DNA of 64,000 nt from an uncultured Planctomycetaceae bacterium (lineage in GTDB: Bacteria > Planctomycetota > Planctomycetia > Isosphaerales > Isosphaeraceae), in NCBI GenBank assembly GCA_963833985.1, contig CAWIAD010000001.1, positions 3,200,001 through 3,264,000 on the forward strand, read 5' to 3'. Position 1 is the first letter of the stretch. Each line of letters begins with the position of its first letter. The notes beneath the pieces were generated by a model. That model did no database searches and had not been told where the DNA came from. It saw nothing but the letters and a program-made list of their open reading frames with translations. Shown in pieces: positions 41,019 through 52,350 of the stretch. Both the position numbers and the translations under genes were made by a program.

Positions 41019-42554
41019 GTGAAACCATCGTACCGCTGGCTGGCCACGCTCTCCATTCTCATGCTGGTTTCCAGGCCCATCACCTTGGCCTCCGCACCAG
41101 CCGCCCGTTCCGATGGCGACCCGTCAGACGCGCTGACGACCCGCAACGGATCGGCGCCCATCACGGTGCCAGTCAAGGCGCTTGCCGAGAACCCCCACTA
41201 CTTCGGCGACGGCCGCGGCAGGGCCGTGTACCTGACGGGCTCGCATACCTGGAACAACCTTCAAGACTGGGGGACCGGAGGCTCCGTCCGGCCCCTGGAT
41301 TTCAAGGCCTATGTGCGGATGCTCGTCAAGAACCACCACAACTTCACTCTCCTGTGGATGACCGAACTGCCGGTGTTTCGCGGTCTGCCCAGCACCGCGA
41401 GCCACCCGCCCGATTTCACCGTCGCTCCCCACCCCTGGCCGCGAACCGGCCCCGGTATGGCCACCGACGGCAGGCCCAGGTTCGATCTGACGCGATTCGA
41501 CCCCGACTACTTCGGCCGCCTGCGCAGCAGGGTCGAGTTGCTGAACGCGGCCAGGATCTATGCGGGAGTCTACTTCTTCAGCGGCGAATGGCTGCACGCC
41601 TTCCGCTTCCCGGGCGACGGCTGCCCCTTCACCGGATCGAACAACGTGAACGGGATCGACGACGGCGGAGGCACACGCTCCGTGACGATGACGGCGCCCA
41701 ACGAGATCACGGCGATCCAGGACGCCTACGTGAAGAAGGTCGTCGATACGCTCAATGATCTGCCCAACGTGCTCTGGATCGTCTCCGAGGAAGCGCCGGC
41801 CGGCTCGAGGTGGTGGAATAGCCATCTGATCGCCCTCACCCGGACCTACGAGGCCGGCAAGCCGCGGCAGCACCCCATTGGCTATGCCGTCCTGGCCGAT
41901 ATGAAGGACGACGCTCTCGTCAACAGCGATGCCGACTGGATCGCTCCCGGGGCGCAGATCTCGGCGACGACGACATGCGGCAGCGGCCATCCCGCCTGCA
42001 AGGTCAACATTAACGATTCGGATCACAGCTACTTCGGCATGTGGAACGAATCCGCGCTGGCGAATCGCAATTACTTCTGGATGAACTTCACGAACGGCAA
42101 CCAGACGCTCTTCATGGACCCGTACGTCGTCTCATACCCGCGCCAGAACCGGAATCTCTGCCCATCGCCGGTGCAGGGAATCAGCGCGGCGCCCGACCCG
42201 CGCTGGGATCCCGTGCGCGCCACCATGGGCTACGTTCGCGGCTACGCGGAGCGCATGAAACTGGCAGCCATGACACCACGCCCGGCGCTCGCCTCCACGG
42301 GTCACGTGCTCGCCAGCAACGGCGGAGTGAGTCCGGAGCTTCTGGTGTACGCCCCGTCAGGAGGCCGGTTCACCGTGAACCTCACCACCATGAATCAGTC
42401 GTTCGCCGTGGAATGGATGAACCCGGAGACGGGCGCCACCAGCCGGGGGACCGACGTGCGGGGTGGGGCAACGCGGGCCTTCACTCCGCCGTTTGCCGGG
42501 GATGCGGTCCTTTATCTCAGCTCCGTGCCGTCCGGCCAGGCCCCGCGACCTTGA
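41019..42554 (+). CDS. Secreted glycoside-hydrolase-like TIM-barrel protein (DUF6298/DUF4038-like) with C-terminal collagen-binding-like domain
   Basis: NPHYF...YLTGSHTWNNLQD, FDLTRFDPDYFGRLR, VVDTLNDLPNVLW; C-terminal VEWMNPETG...FTPPFAGDAVLYL. Confidence 0.75.
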   Translation: MKPSYRWLATLSILMLVSRPITLASAPAARSDGDPSDALTTRNGSAPITVPVKALAENPHYFGDGRGRAVYLTGSHTWNNLQDWGTGGSVRPLDFKAYVRMLVKNHHNFTLLWMTELPVFRGLPSTASHPPDFTVAPHPWPRTGPGMATDGRPRFDLTRFDPDYFGRLRSRVELLNAARIYAGVYFFSGEWLHAFRFPGDGCPFTGSNNVNGIDDGGGTRSVTMTAPNEITAIQDAYVKKVVDTLNDLPNVLWIVSEEAPAGSRWWNSHLIALTRTYEAGKPRQHPIGYAVLADMKDDALVNSDADWIAPGAQISATTTCGSGHPACKVNINDSDHSYFGMWNESALANRNYFWMNFTNGNQTLFMDPYVVSYPRQNRNLCPSPVQGISAAPDPRWDPVRATMGYVRGYAERMKLAAMTPRPALASTGHVLASNGGVSPELLVYAPSGGRFTVNLTTMNQSFAVEWMNPETGATSRGTDVRGGATRAFTPPFAGDAVLYLSSVPSGQAPRP

Positions 42555-45500
42555 CCGCCATCGCGCGGCGCACCAGTGCCAAGGGTCTCTTGATCTCGAC
42601 CCTGGTAACGGCCGAACTCACATGCGGACCCGAGAACGCAACGCTGCCGGAACCAACCCGCGATATTGCCGCCAGCACCGCCGGCCGGGGCGCTGCCGCT
42701 GTCGTGGAGCAGGTCGTGAAGGCGGACATGGCTCCCGAACTTGCCACGGCACGAACGCGGTAGAAGTACGTGGTGCCTGCGATAAGGCCGGCAGAGTCCA
42801 CATCAGCGAGATTCGTGACACTGCTCGACAGTGTGGTCCAGGTGATCTGGTCCGTGCTCCGCTGGACAATGTAGTTTGTCGCGCCGGGGACAGCCTTCCA
42901 GGACAGGCGAATACGCCCGGGGGCAGTGGCCACGGCCGAGAGATCCAGAGGCGCCGGCAGCACGCAGGGCATCACGGCCAGCGCGGGATTGAAAAGAACA
43001 CCCTGAACCGGCACGGTGATGGTCTCGCCGTTTGTGTACCTCAGCGTGAGCCTGTAGGTATTGTCGAGCTGAGGCGAGGCCATGCCCAGGAACAGGTCCG
43101 CGGTGGTCGAGCCGGCCGGCCACAGGAGCACCATCGTGGACTCGCCCGCAGTTGCGGGATACGACCACACCTGGCCGCCCGGTGCGACGATCACGAGGCT
43201 TGCAATGGATGCCCCTGGGACAAGACCCGTGAGCTGGAGATGCAGGTCCTGAATCCCGTCGGGCGAAGGTTTGCCTGTGCCTGAGCCGGTGAGGTCGTGG
43301 CCATCCTGCCCGATCATCAGCGCCTGGACCCCCTGGGGGACGGAGCTGGTCCCGTTGATGTCCAGGAAGTTGCCGGCATACAGGCTGGGATAATCGTCGA
43401 CGTTGAAAGGGAAATACGTCTGTCCGTTGTAGGTCGTCGCGGCGACCGTGGATGCGACCATCCGGCCGTTGACGATTCCCTCGAAGACCTGGCCGGTCGG
43501 CTCGGCACGCGGTGTCGCGGAGCCGTCCGGGTTGATCGTGCCGGCATGGTTGCCTTGCACGGCGATCACGTTCTCCACCGGATCGACGAAAAGCGGAACA
43601 TTCCATCCCCCCTGGGCATTCTGGCCCCAGCCGGGAAGGTATCCGCCGACGCTCCAGACGTATCTCGGGCTGCCGTACGGCCCGGCCGGGTCGATGCCCA
43701 GGGTCTCGCCGATCGTCACCGTGGGCGGCGAGGAGCTCTCTGCCGGGTTGTTCCCCAGGCCGTAGGCGGAGAAGAGCGAGGCGAACGCGCTGGCCCACGA
43801 GCCACTGCCCGAAAGGAGGCTGGAATCCCACTCGAAGGTATTTCCCACCACCGAAGCTGTGTCGTAGACGCGCCCGGTACTCAGCGCCAGCTCGTTGGTT
43901 GCCGAGTAATAAGAGAGAAAATGCTCCACGCCAATCTGGATTCCCAGTGAGTTACGGAAGGTGTTGCCCTGGACGACCGTGCCCAGGTTGGGCAGGGTGG
44001 TCCAGTTCAGCGGCAGGTTGACCGCGGCGCCCGCGGTGGGTTGAGAGTTGCACCCGGCGCCGATGATCATGGCCACCTGCGGGAAGACGCCGGCGTAGAC
44101 GGCGCCGTAGCTGACCTGATTGCCGATGATCCGCGTGCCGTAGGTGTCGCCATCCAGCTTCAGCGCCGTCGAGGTCCGGTTCGCCAGGTTGATCGTGTTG
44201 TCCAGGAACGCGCTGTTCACGAACCCGGGCGTAACCTCGATTATCCAGTAGCCTCCCGCCGGCGGTCGGGGCAGGGCATCGGCCATGAGCAACTCCAGGT
44301 TGTTGCCGGGCCCGAACGGCACAGGCACCTGCTGGGCGACGCGGAACCACTGGCCGGCCGAGGCCAGATTCTCCGAGCCGTCGCTGTTCACGCCGGCGAG
44401 GATCGACACCATGAGCCCCGGACCGGTCAATGTTTGTGCCAGGCCCGCGCGGATCCCGGGCAGCACGATCACCAGGCCATCGGACGATTGGGCGCCCAGG
44501 CGCCCCGCGAAGACCACGGCGTTGTTCTCCTCGAGCATGACCTCAGGTGCATTGATCCCGCCGGTGAAGGTCTCGCTCGCCATACTGTAACCCACGTCGT
44601 TCCCTGTCGCCCCCGCGCCTCCTCCGAACATGTTGTCCTCGACTGTGTTGTTGGCCCCTCCTCCTGCGAAGTTCACGAGCCGGAACTCGGTTCCGGCCGG
44701 GTCTGACTGGGTCACGCTGTTCCCCTGGATGAGCACATCATGCGGCCCGCCCACAGCGATGGCCGCGAGGGAATACGTGGCGGCCAGGGCTCCCGTGAAG
44801 GCGTTGTTCGCAACCGTCCAGGGTCCGCCCACGAGGTTGATCGACCCACCCTGGAAGGAGCAGCCGGTAATGGTGCCGTAATCTCCAAACCAGCCTCCTC
44901 CGCCATCCGTCTGGACCAGCGGCATCGCCGGCTCGCCCACGTAGACCTGCCCGTTCGCGGCTGCCTGGACTTGCAAGGCGGCAAAGCTGCTACCGTTATA
45001 CGCCGGTGGCCCGTAAACGGCGAGGTTCTGAAGCGTGACCCACTGGGTACTCTGCGGGGTGTTCTGGTCGCCCGTGTCAATCACCGCGTGGCTGATCCCC
45101 GCGCTGTTCTGAGGGTCCCAGACCGCCGGCACCGTGCCCGCGGGGTTGCTCCAGACCGGCGCCCGGCAAACCGGATCGTGAATCCCGCCAGCGTTACCTG
45201 GATGTGCCGCACCGTGCCGGGCGGGAAGTTGACGTAGATGGCTCCCGTCGCCGTGGCGGGCCAGGGCGCGGTATTTCCGCCCGGTTGGTTCTGGTCAAAG
45301 AGGATCGTGACACCCTGGCCGATGATCGTCACCGAGTGGGTGATTTGCAGTGGCTGGTTGACGACGATCGTCTGGTTGGGCACGGTGGTGGAAAGGTAGA
45401 CCGTGCCCATGGGATTGCTGTTGCCGAGGTACGCATCCAGCTCCGCCTCTGTGGACGCGGTGGCCGTGCCCGCCTGAGCACTGTAGAGGAGGCCCAGATT

Positions 45501-46463
45501 GTATCCCGAACCCGCAGGCTTGAACGTCTTCACGAAGACGGCCGGGTTCCCCGGGATCGTGGCCTGGAAGGTCAGTGTCGCGGATGCACCGTTGCTGGGC
45601 GCCTCCGTGCGCAAGGGCGGGAAATAAAGCTCGACGGTTTTCGAGTTCTTGTAGATCGTGTCGAGGTGGTTGTGCGAGACCTCCGAGAGCAGGCTGTCCC
45701 ACTCGAGCCCGGCCTGGTCGCTGAGGGTGAAGACCAGCCCGCCACTGGTGCTGCTCCCCTGCCCGCCGCCTGTAAAATCGGCGGGGTTGAAGGTGGCTCC
45801 CCGCGGGGCTGTGACGGTCAGGTGGACCATACCCGGATGGCCCGTCGGATCGTCCTGTCCATGATCGGTCACCGTCATGCCGCCGGCCGTCGCGGCAGGG
45901 GGCGTGGCGATCGCGGCCACCGGCAGCGCGGCCGACCTGAGATGTTCCACCTGGAAGGTGTCTGAGTCGGTGATGGTCGTGTTCTGGTAATTGACGGTAA
46001 CGGTGAGCCAGTCGCCGTTTTGCAGGCCAACCAGCGGCCCGGTCGAGCCTCCCAGTGAGATCGGCGATCCCGTGCCGGCCGCCGGCGCCACGCTCTGCAC
46101 CTGGGGGTTGATGTAGAGGTCGCCCGTCGTTCCCGAGGATGCGACGAACTCCGCCATCGAATAGCCGTACTCGCCCAGACCGGGAACGTTGTTGCCGTTG
46201 GAGTTTGGCTGCGTTTGCCAGGCGAAGCTGCCGACTGCGGCTCCGCCCTCGGGTGTCACCAGGATCCGGTCCACGGTCCAGCCCGCGTGGATTCCCGAGA
46301 GCTGGAGGCCAAGGTCCTGGATGCCGTCGCCCCCCTGCGACGCGTCGGGGCCAACCAGGTCCACACCGGTTTGCCCCGGTGCGTCGCTGACCGTGAATGA
46401 GAGCAGCCTGCGTGATTCGAGTGGGCAGACGAGCGGCAGATACCGGCGGGTGCGCTGAGTCAT
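42517..46463 (-). CDS. Large exported protein (planctomycete signal, repeated DGIQD domain, beta-helix, FN3); frameshift at about 45163
   Basis: MTQRTRRYLPLVCPLESRRLLS; ORFs 45081-46463 and 42517-45132 join; FN3 motif LSWKAVPGATNYIVQRS...YFYRVRA. Confidence 0.85.
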
Positions 46464-46613
46464 CGTGAGGCGTCCGGATTCGAGGAACAGCCTCCCTGGG
46501 AGATCTTCCTCAACTCCGTCTGAAGAACCCTGGAAACCCCGGTCATTCTAGCAGGAGCCTAGGATACGTCCGAAAGGATTCAAGGCTCCGCCAGGCTCGG
46601 CATTTCACGCACC

Positions 46614-46801
46614 GAACCACGAAATACACGAGTAACGTGGAAGACACGCACGGAACCACGAAATACACGAAAGGAATTCCAGGGAGCAGTCAACTGAGAG
46701 TCTCTCTGGATATAACCATCAGATTATCATATGAATATCAAATAGTTTATCCGGATACGAACACTCCTCTCTTGTTTCGTGTATTTCGTGTATTTCGTGG
46801 T
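46614..46801. repeat. REP/MITE-like inverted-repeat element (ACCACGAAATACACGAAA ... TTTCGTGTATTTCGTGTATTTCGTGGT)
   Basis: Left arms at 46614-46631 and 46653-46672, right arm at 46775-46801, AT-rich interior. Confidence 0.8.
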
Positions 46802-46804
46802 GAC

Positions 46805-46849
46805 CCCCTCTTCCTGGTGATCCATGGTGTCCCCTCTTCCTGGTGATCC
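46805..46849. repeat. 19-bp direct repeat CCCCTCTTCCTGGTGATCC x2
   Basis: Identical copies at 46805-46823 and 46831-46849; partial GGTGATCC again at about 46858-46865. Confidence 0.85.
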
Positions 46850-47119
46850 GTTTTCGTGGTGATCCCCTCGAGGATGCGATGGTTGTCTCCGCGAAACGCG
46901 CCGGTCAGCGCGGCTTTCCAACCACGCGGGGGATTGCTAGACTAAAGTGCCGACGTGTCGTGAGCGCCTGCGTGCAAGGATCGCCTTGATCCGGACCGCC
47001 GGAACGCACCCGGTGGTGGTGTTCGCGTGTCAAGCCCTCCCGTGTTCCACCAGCGCCGCTCTCCGCGAGCCACGATTTCATTGAACACCTCTGTTCCGAC
47101 TGCTAGGAGACAAGCTGCC

Positions 47120-48316
47120 GTGCCGAACCGAGACAACTACCTGTTCACGAGCGAATCGGTCTCGATGGGCCATCCCGACAAGATGGCCGACCAGATCTCT
47201 GACGGCATCCTTGATGCCATCCTGGCGCAAGATCCGCACGCCCGTGTGGCCTGTGAGAGTCTCCTGACCACGGGGCTGGTCTGCCTGGCCGGTGAGATCA
47301 CCACCAAGGCCATGGTCGACTACCCGACAATCGTGCGCCAGGTCGTCCGGGAAATCGGCTACACCTCCAGCGAGATGGGCTTCGACGCAACCACCTGCGC
47401 CGTGATGGTGGCCCTGGGCAAGCAGTCGCCCGATATCGCTCAGGGTGTGGACGAGAATTCCGAGGCGGGCAAGGACATTGGCGCCGGCGACCAGGGGATG
47501 ATGTTCGGCTTCGCCTGCAATGAGACGCCCGAGCTGATGCCCTTGCCGATCGCGCTGGCGCACCGTGTCATTCACCGCATCACCGAGCTGCGGCAGAGCG
47601 GCGAAATTCGCTGGCTGCGGCCGGACGCCAAGAGCCAGGTCACCATCGAGTACGACGGCTATACTCCTGTCCGGGTGGATACCGTGGTTGTTTCCACCCA
47701 GCATGCACCGGATGTCTCGCACGCCGAGATCGTCAAGACCATCACGCAGCAGGTGATCGAGCCGGTGATTCCATCGGAGCTGGTGAACGGATCGATCACC
47801 TACCACATCAACCCGACCGGCAAGTTCGTCATCGGCGGCCCGCACGGCGACTCGGGCGTGACCGGCCGCAAGATCATCGTCGACACCTACGGCGGCATGG
47901 GCCGGCACGGCGGCGGCGCCTTCAGCGGCAAGGACCCCACCAAGGTGGACCGCTCGGCCGCTTACATGGCCCGGTATGTCGCCAAGAACATCGTCGCCGC
48001 GGGCCTTGCCGAGCGCTGCGAGCTCCAGCTCGCCTACGCGATTGGCGTTTCCGAGCCGGTCAGCGTGCACGTGGATACGTTCGGCACCGGCCAGTTGCCG
48101 GACTCGGCCATCTCCGAGATTGTCCGCAAGGGCTTCCCGCTCACGCCCTCGGGCATTATCAAACATCTCGATTTGCGCCGGCCCATCTATCGCAAAACCG
48201 CCAGCGGAGGCCACTTCGGACGCTCCGAGCCGGAGTTCACCTGGGAACGGACTGACAAGGCTCAGCTCCTGCGCGACCTCAGCACCACCCTGGCCCGGGA
48301 GAGCACCCTGGTCTGA
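47120..48316 (+). CDS. metK: S-adenosylmethionine synthetase
   Basis: [19 protein letters not shown] and [16 protein letters not shown] motifs; AGGAG RBS and GTG start. Confidence 0.98.
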   Translation: MPNRDNYLFTSESVSMGHPDKMADQISDGILDAILAQDPHARVACESLLTTGLVCLAGEITTKAMVDYPTIVRQVVREIGYTSSEMGFDATTCAVMVALGKQSPDIAQGVDENSEAGKDIGAGDQGMMFGFACNETPELMPLPIALAHRVIHRITELRQSGEIRWLRPDAKSQVTIEYDGYTPVRVDTVVVSTQHAPDVSHAEIVKTITQQVIEPVIPSELVNGSITYHINPTGKFVIGGPHGDSGVTGRKIIVDTYGGMGRHGGGAFSGKDPTKVDRSAAYMARYVAKNIVAAGLAERCELQLAYAIGVSEPVSVHVDTFGTGQLPDSAISEIVRKGFPLTPSGIIKHLDLRRPIYRKTASGGHFGRSEPEFTWERTDKAQLLRDLSTTLARESTLV

Positions 48317-48430
48317 GCCGGCGCGATCGGTCAAGATCACGGCCAAGCACGCGGAGGACGGGCGCCCGGAGCTTGCCGCCTGGCGGCAGACGTGCCGCTC
48401 GTCCCTTCGCCGCGAAATACAGGAAGAGCC

Positions 48431-49659
48431 ATGAGCACCGCGGGGGATCTCGAAGGCCGTGCCAGCGAGGCATTCGCCGAGCAGTACGGTTCCCGGCCCA
48501 CCGCCCTGGGGGTCGCACCCGGCCGCGTGGAACTGCTGGGCAACCATACCGACTACAACGGCGGCCTGGTGATGGCCGTGGCCATCGACCGCTTCACCGC
48601 GGTCGCGGGGCGGTCAATCCCCGGCCGCTCCTGCCGCGCCTATGCCCTGAACTTCAAACGGGCCGACACGTTTAACCTGGACGCACTGGAGCGGGACGCT
48701 TCGGGAGACTGGCCGAACTACGTCAAAGGAGTGGCCTGGGCCATCGCCGAGGCGCGGGGCGCCCGACTGAGCTCGGGCTTCGACCTGGCCATGGTCGGGA
48801 ACGTCCCCCTGGGCGCGGGGCTCTCCAGCTCGGCGAGCTTGCAGGCCGCACTGGCGTTCTTTCTGCTCCAGGCCGGCGTCGTGCCGGGTCAGGCCGCCGG
48901 GGACTATGAGGGCCAGGCCGCCGACCCCGCGGCATGGCGCTTGCCCAGGTTCTCAGGCGATCGGAGAACGCGTTCGTCGGCGTCGCCTCGGGACTGCTCG
49001 ACCAGTTTTCGAGCCTCTTCGGCAAGGCCCATCATGCGCTTTACCTTGATTGCCAGACACTCGAGCACGCACGTTTGCCGCTGGGTGAGCCTGGACCGGC
49101 AATCATCATCTGCGATTCGCTGACCACGCGCCGGCTTGCCGACGGCATGTACAATCGACGCCGCGCCGAGTGCGAGTCGGTCGTCGCCTACTTCCAGAAC
49201 CGGAAGGGCGCGGACGCCGTCCAGACGCTCCGGCAGGTGGACCTGGAGGAGCTCGAGGAGCACTGGGACCGGCTTGATCCTGTGGGCCGCAAGCGTGCGC
49301 GGCACGTCCTTACCGAGAACGAGCGGGTGCGCCAGGGTGCAAACCTTCTGCAAACGGGCGATCTGGCCGGCTTCGGCCGGCTGGTTTCTGCCTCGCACGC
49401 GTCCTCGCGCGACGACTTCGAGAACAGCTCCTCCGCGCTGGACGCCCTGGTGGAGGCCGCCGAGGCGAGCACGGGATTCCTGGGTGGCAAGCTTTCGGGT
49501 GCCGGCTGGGCGGGGTGCACAGTCAACCTTGTCCGCGCCGGGCAAGCCGATGATTTTGCGCAGAGCGTGCGCAGCCTGGCCGCCCGCGCACTCGGTGCCA
49601 CTCCGGAAATTCACATTTGCCGGGCCGCCGACGGCGCTCTCGGCCGCGCTCTCGCCTGA
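48431..49659 (+). CDS. galK: Galactokinase; one frameshift at about 48930
   Basis: APGRVELLGNHTDYN and PLGAGLSSSA in ORF 48392-49123; SGLLDQF, RARHVLTENERV and SGAGWAG in ORF 48934-49659. Confidence 0.9.
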
Positions 49660-49721
49660 AACCTTGGCCCTGACCGGGCGGCTGGCTGCGCAGACCGCAG
49701 CCAGGGAGGCAGGTTCATCGC

Positions 49722-50177
49722 ATGATCTGGTCGCGGCTGCTGGCCGATGGCATCGTCGTCTTCCACGCCTGCTACGTGGGATTCGTCGTGTTTGGGCTGG
49801 CGGCAACCCTGGTCGGTGCGGTCTGCCGCTGGAGCTGGGTACGGAACATTTACTTCCGGGCAATTCACCTGGCCATGATTGCGATCGTGGTGGGCGAGGC
49901 AGTCACCGGCATCCCCTGCCCGCTCACCATCTGGGAGAAGCAACTGCGCACGCGCGCCGGCCAGGCCAGTTACCCGGGCGACTTCATCGGCCACTGGGTG
50001 CACCGTTTGATCTTTTACGATGTCCCGCCCTGGGTTTTCACATGGGCTTACATCGTCTTCGGCCTTGCGGTCGTGGCAACGTTCGTGCTGGCCCCACCCC
50101 GTCTTCCCGGCGGCCGCAAGCCGGGGGAACGCAAAGTCGCGGCGCGCTTGCGCGGCGGGTGTCGGACCCGAGATTGA
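49722..50177 (+). CDS. DUF2784 family membrane protein
   Basis: LADGIVVFHACYVGFVVFG, FRAIHL, CPLTIWEKQLR and FIGHWVHRLIFY motifs. Confidence 0.85.
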   Translation: MIWSRLLADGIVVFHACYVGFVVFGLAATLVGAVCRWSWVRNIYFRAIHLAMIAIVVGEAVTGIPCPLTIWEKQLRTRAGQASYPGDFIGHWVHRLIFYDVPPWVFTWAYIVFGLAVVATFVLAPPRLPGGRKPGERKVAARLRGGCRTRD

Positions 50178-50309
50178 CCTGCAAGAGGCTTCGGCCTATG
50201 ATCTCCGCCGCCCGCCCTGGATGAACCACCACGCGCCAGATCAATTGTGCCCTGCAAATGCGTCGGGGCTCGCCGATTGCTTCCTTCCAGCCAGGGATGG
50301 GGGTCGTCC

Positions 50310-51944
50310 ATGCCATTCATGCCGGGCCAGTCGGCCCTCGTCACGCCCGGGGTGACGGCTTCCCCCATCCGCTCACGCCGTCTGCCAGCCGTTCGATCGG
50401 AACCCTCGGTCCAGAACGAACTCCGGCACAAGGGCAAGTACCGAGCACTCTGGGCCTATCTCGCCGCTGTTCTCGGAGGCGTCGTCCTTGCGGGAGCCTG
50501 GCTCGTGCCCGAGACCGCCTTGAGTGCCTGGCTCGGCGGGTGCGCCGCTCTCCTGCTGGTGTACGCCGTCCGTACCCGGCGGCCCTTTTTGCCACTCTAT
50601 TGCGCCGGACTCGCCGGCCACCTCATCGGTTTTCATTGGGTCTACCAGACGGTCCATGTCTTCGGCGAGTTCGGACCTCCGGCGGCCGCGGCAGTCTTCG
50701 CGCTCTTCGTGGTCACGGGCGCGCTTCAGTTCCTGCTCTTCGCGCTGATCCACCATTTCCTGGATTCCGCGTTTGACGCCCTGGCACTGAGATCGGCGAC
50801 GGCGGTAGCACTCTCGGAACTGCTCATGCCCCGGCTTTTCCCCTGGCATTTCGGCCATACGCAAATTCATTTCACGCCGTTCGTGCAAATCGCGGGGCTC
50901 GGCGGTGCGATCACGGTCTCCTTCCTCATGTTCTGGATGGCGGAGGTCGTCGTCCGCGTCGTCATCGGCCAAGAGCGACGGAGAGCCTTTCTCGTGCCCG
51001 TCGGTGTCTCGGTGCTCGCGCTGGCATACGGGGCGGCAATGATCAGCCTGTTCAGTTCGCCCAAGGGCGTACCACAGGAAGTGGTGCTGGTGCAAGGCAA
51101 TGCCACACTCGCCGAGAAGCATGACCTCGCTTCCGCCGGGCAGAACCTGGTACGGATTTTTGAGCTGAGCAGGGCCGCCGCCCATCCCGGCTCCCTGGTC
51201 GTCTGGCCCGAGGGCGCGGTCCCGGCGTATATCCCGGCCAACATCGGTTCGGTGGGCCAGCCGCCCATGCTGCCCTGGTTCAACAACGGCTCGGCATTCC
51301 TCGTCGGCTCCTATGCGTTCCTGCCGGGCGAGCGGCGCTTCAATGCCGCCTTCGCGGTTCATCCGGATGGCGAGGTGCCGATGCCGTACTGCAAGCGAGT
51401 CCTCATCCCCTTCGGTGAGTTCATGCCTCTTGCGTCCTACTTCACGGGGCTTCAGGAGCTGAACGCCAGGGCCGGCGTCTTCAGCGCAGGGACGGAGGCC
51501 GCGGTCTTCGCCTACCCGATGCACCGGCCGGATGGGACAGCCTATTCCTTGAAGGTCTCACCGCTGATTTGCTATGAGGACACCCTTCCTTCGCTGGCCC
51601 GTGAGTCAGTCAGGAAGGGGGCCGAGCTGCTGGTGAACATCACGTCCGACACCTGGTTCGGCCGCTCGCTGGCCCTGCACCAGCATCACCTGATCGCGGC
51701 GTTCCGGGCGATCGAGAACCGGCGCTACCTGGTACGTGCCACCAACACGGGCCTGAGTGCCGTTGTCGACCCGCTCGGCAAGACCGTTGCGCGCATTCCT
51801 CCCTTCTCCGAAGGCGCGGCGACGGCCCAGGTAAGGCTCTTGAATTATCGCAGCCCTTATAGCACCTGGATCGGCGATAGCCCATGGTGGGCCTTGCTCA
51901 CGATCAGCATCGGCATGTTCGTCGTGAAGCGATGGCGCGGCTGA
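50310..51944 (+). CDS. lnt: Apolipoprotein N-acyltransferase
   Basis: N-terminal TM region; nitrilase triad WPEG / KRVLIPFGE / LICYED; RAIENRR..RATNTGLS; start uncertain. Confidence 0.92.
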   Translation: MPFMPGQSALVTPGVTASPIRSRRLPAVRSEPSVQNELRHKGKYRALWAYLAAVLGGVVLAGAWLVPETALSAWLGGCAALLLVYAVRTRRPFLPLYCAGLAGHLIGFHWVYQTVHVFGEFGPPAAAAVFALFVVTGALQFLLFALIHHFLDSAFDALALRSATAVALSELLMPRLFPWHFGHTQIHFTPFVQIAGLGGAITVSFLMFWMAEVVVRVVIGQERRRAFLVPVGVSVLALAYGAAMISLFSSPKGVPQEVVLVQGNATLAEKHDLASAGQNLVRIFELSRAAAHPGSLVVWPEGAVPAYIPANIGSVGQPPMLPWFNNGSAFLVGSYAFLPGERRFNAAFAVHPDGEVPMPYCKRVLIPFGEFMPLASYFTGLQELNARAGVFSAGTEAAVFAYPMHRPDGTAYSLKVSPLICYEDTLPSLARESVRKGAELLVNITSDTWFGRSLALHQHHLIAAFRAIENRRYLVRATNTGLSAVVDPLGKTVARIPPFSEGAATAQVRLLNYRSPYSTWIGDSPWWALLTISIGMFVVKRWRG

Positions 51945-52350
51945 AACTTGCCTCTCGACCGGACCAGGCTCGATCCCTGAGCCCGGGTGCAAAACACCGT
52001 TCGAGCTCGTGATTGACGTCACGAAGCACTTCGGCGGCCGGCTGAACACGCTGATTATTTTGGACAGGCATCGGCCAGGGTACTCGTTCCGGGGATCCGG
52101 GCCCGGGACCAGGCAGCGACACTCAGCCGTTGTTTTCGCGCGCATCCGATGGCCGCAAGTCTTTACCGGACGCGGAGAAAGCGACTATAAGCGCGCCGGG
52201 TTCGGATCCGGCGTCCAACTTTTCTACGTTTCCCCGACTGGTTCAATTAAATTCGATGGCGTGCGGACTCTCCCTTGCTTCTCCGGGACCTCGATCCAGG
52301 GGTCATGATCGCATCGTTGCCACATCGGACCGAGGCCGAAAGACTTCCCC

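Noticed and set aside
42517..42554. Convergent 38-nt overlap of two CDS ends
   Set aside because: Both tails are low-complexity, and short convergent overlaps are common in GC-rich genomes.
46614..46865. Possible CRISPR array
   Set aside because: The repeats are inverted or occur only twice, spacing is irregular, and no cas genes are present.
46930..47119. Possible SAM/SAH riboswitch upstream of metK
   Set aside because: I could not find SAM-I, SAM-II or SAH consensus elements by eye; an Rfam scan would be needed.
47078..48547. Long antisense ORFs (here opposite metK; likewise 773-1951, 2531-3736, 5257-6570, 31550-33280, 52612-54150)
   Set aside because: These are typical high-GC shadow frames opposite well-supported genes and carry no recognisable motifs.
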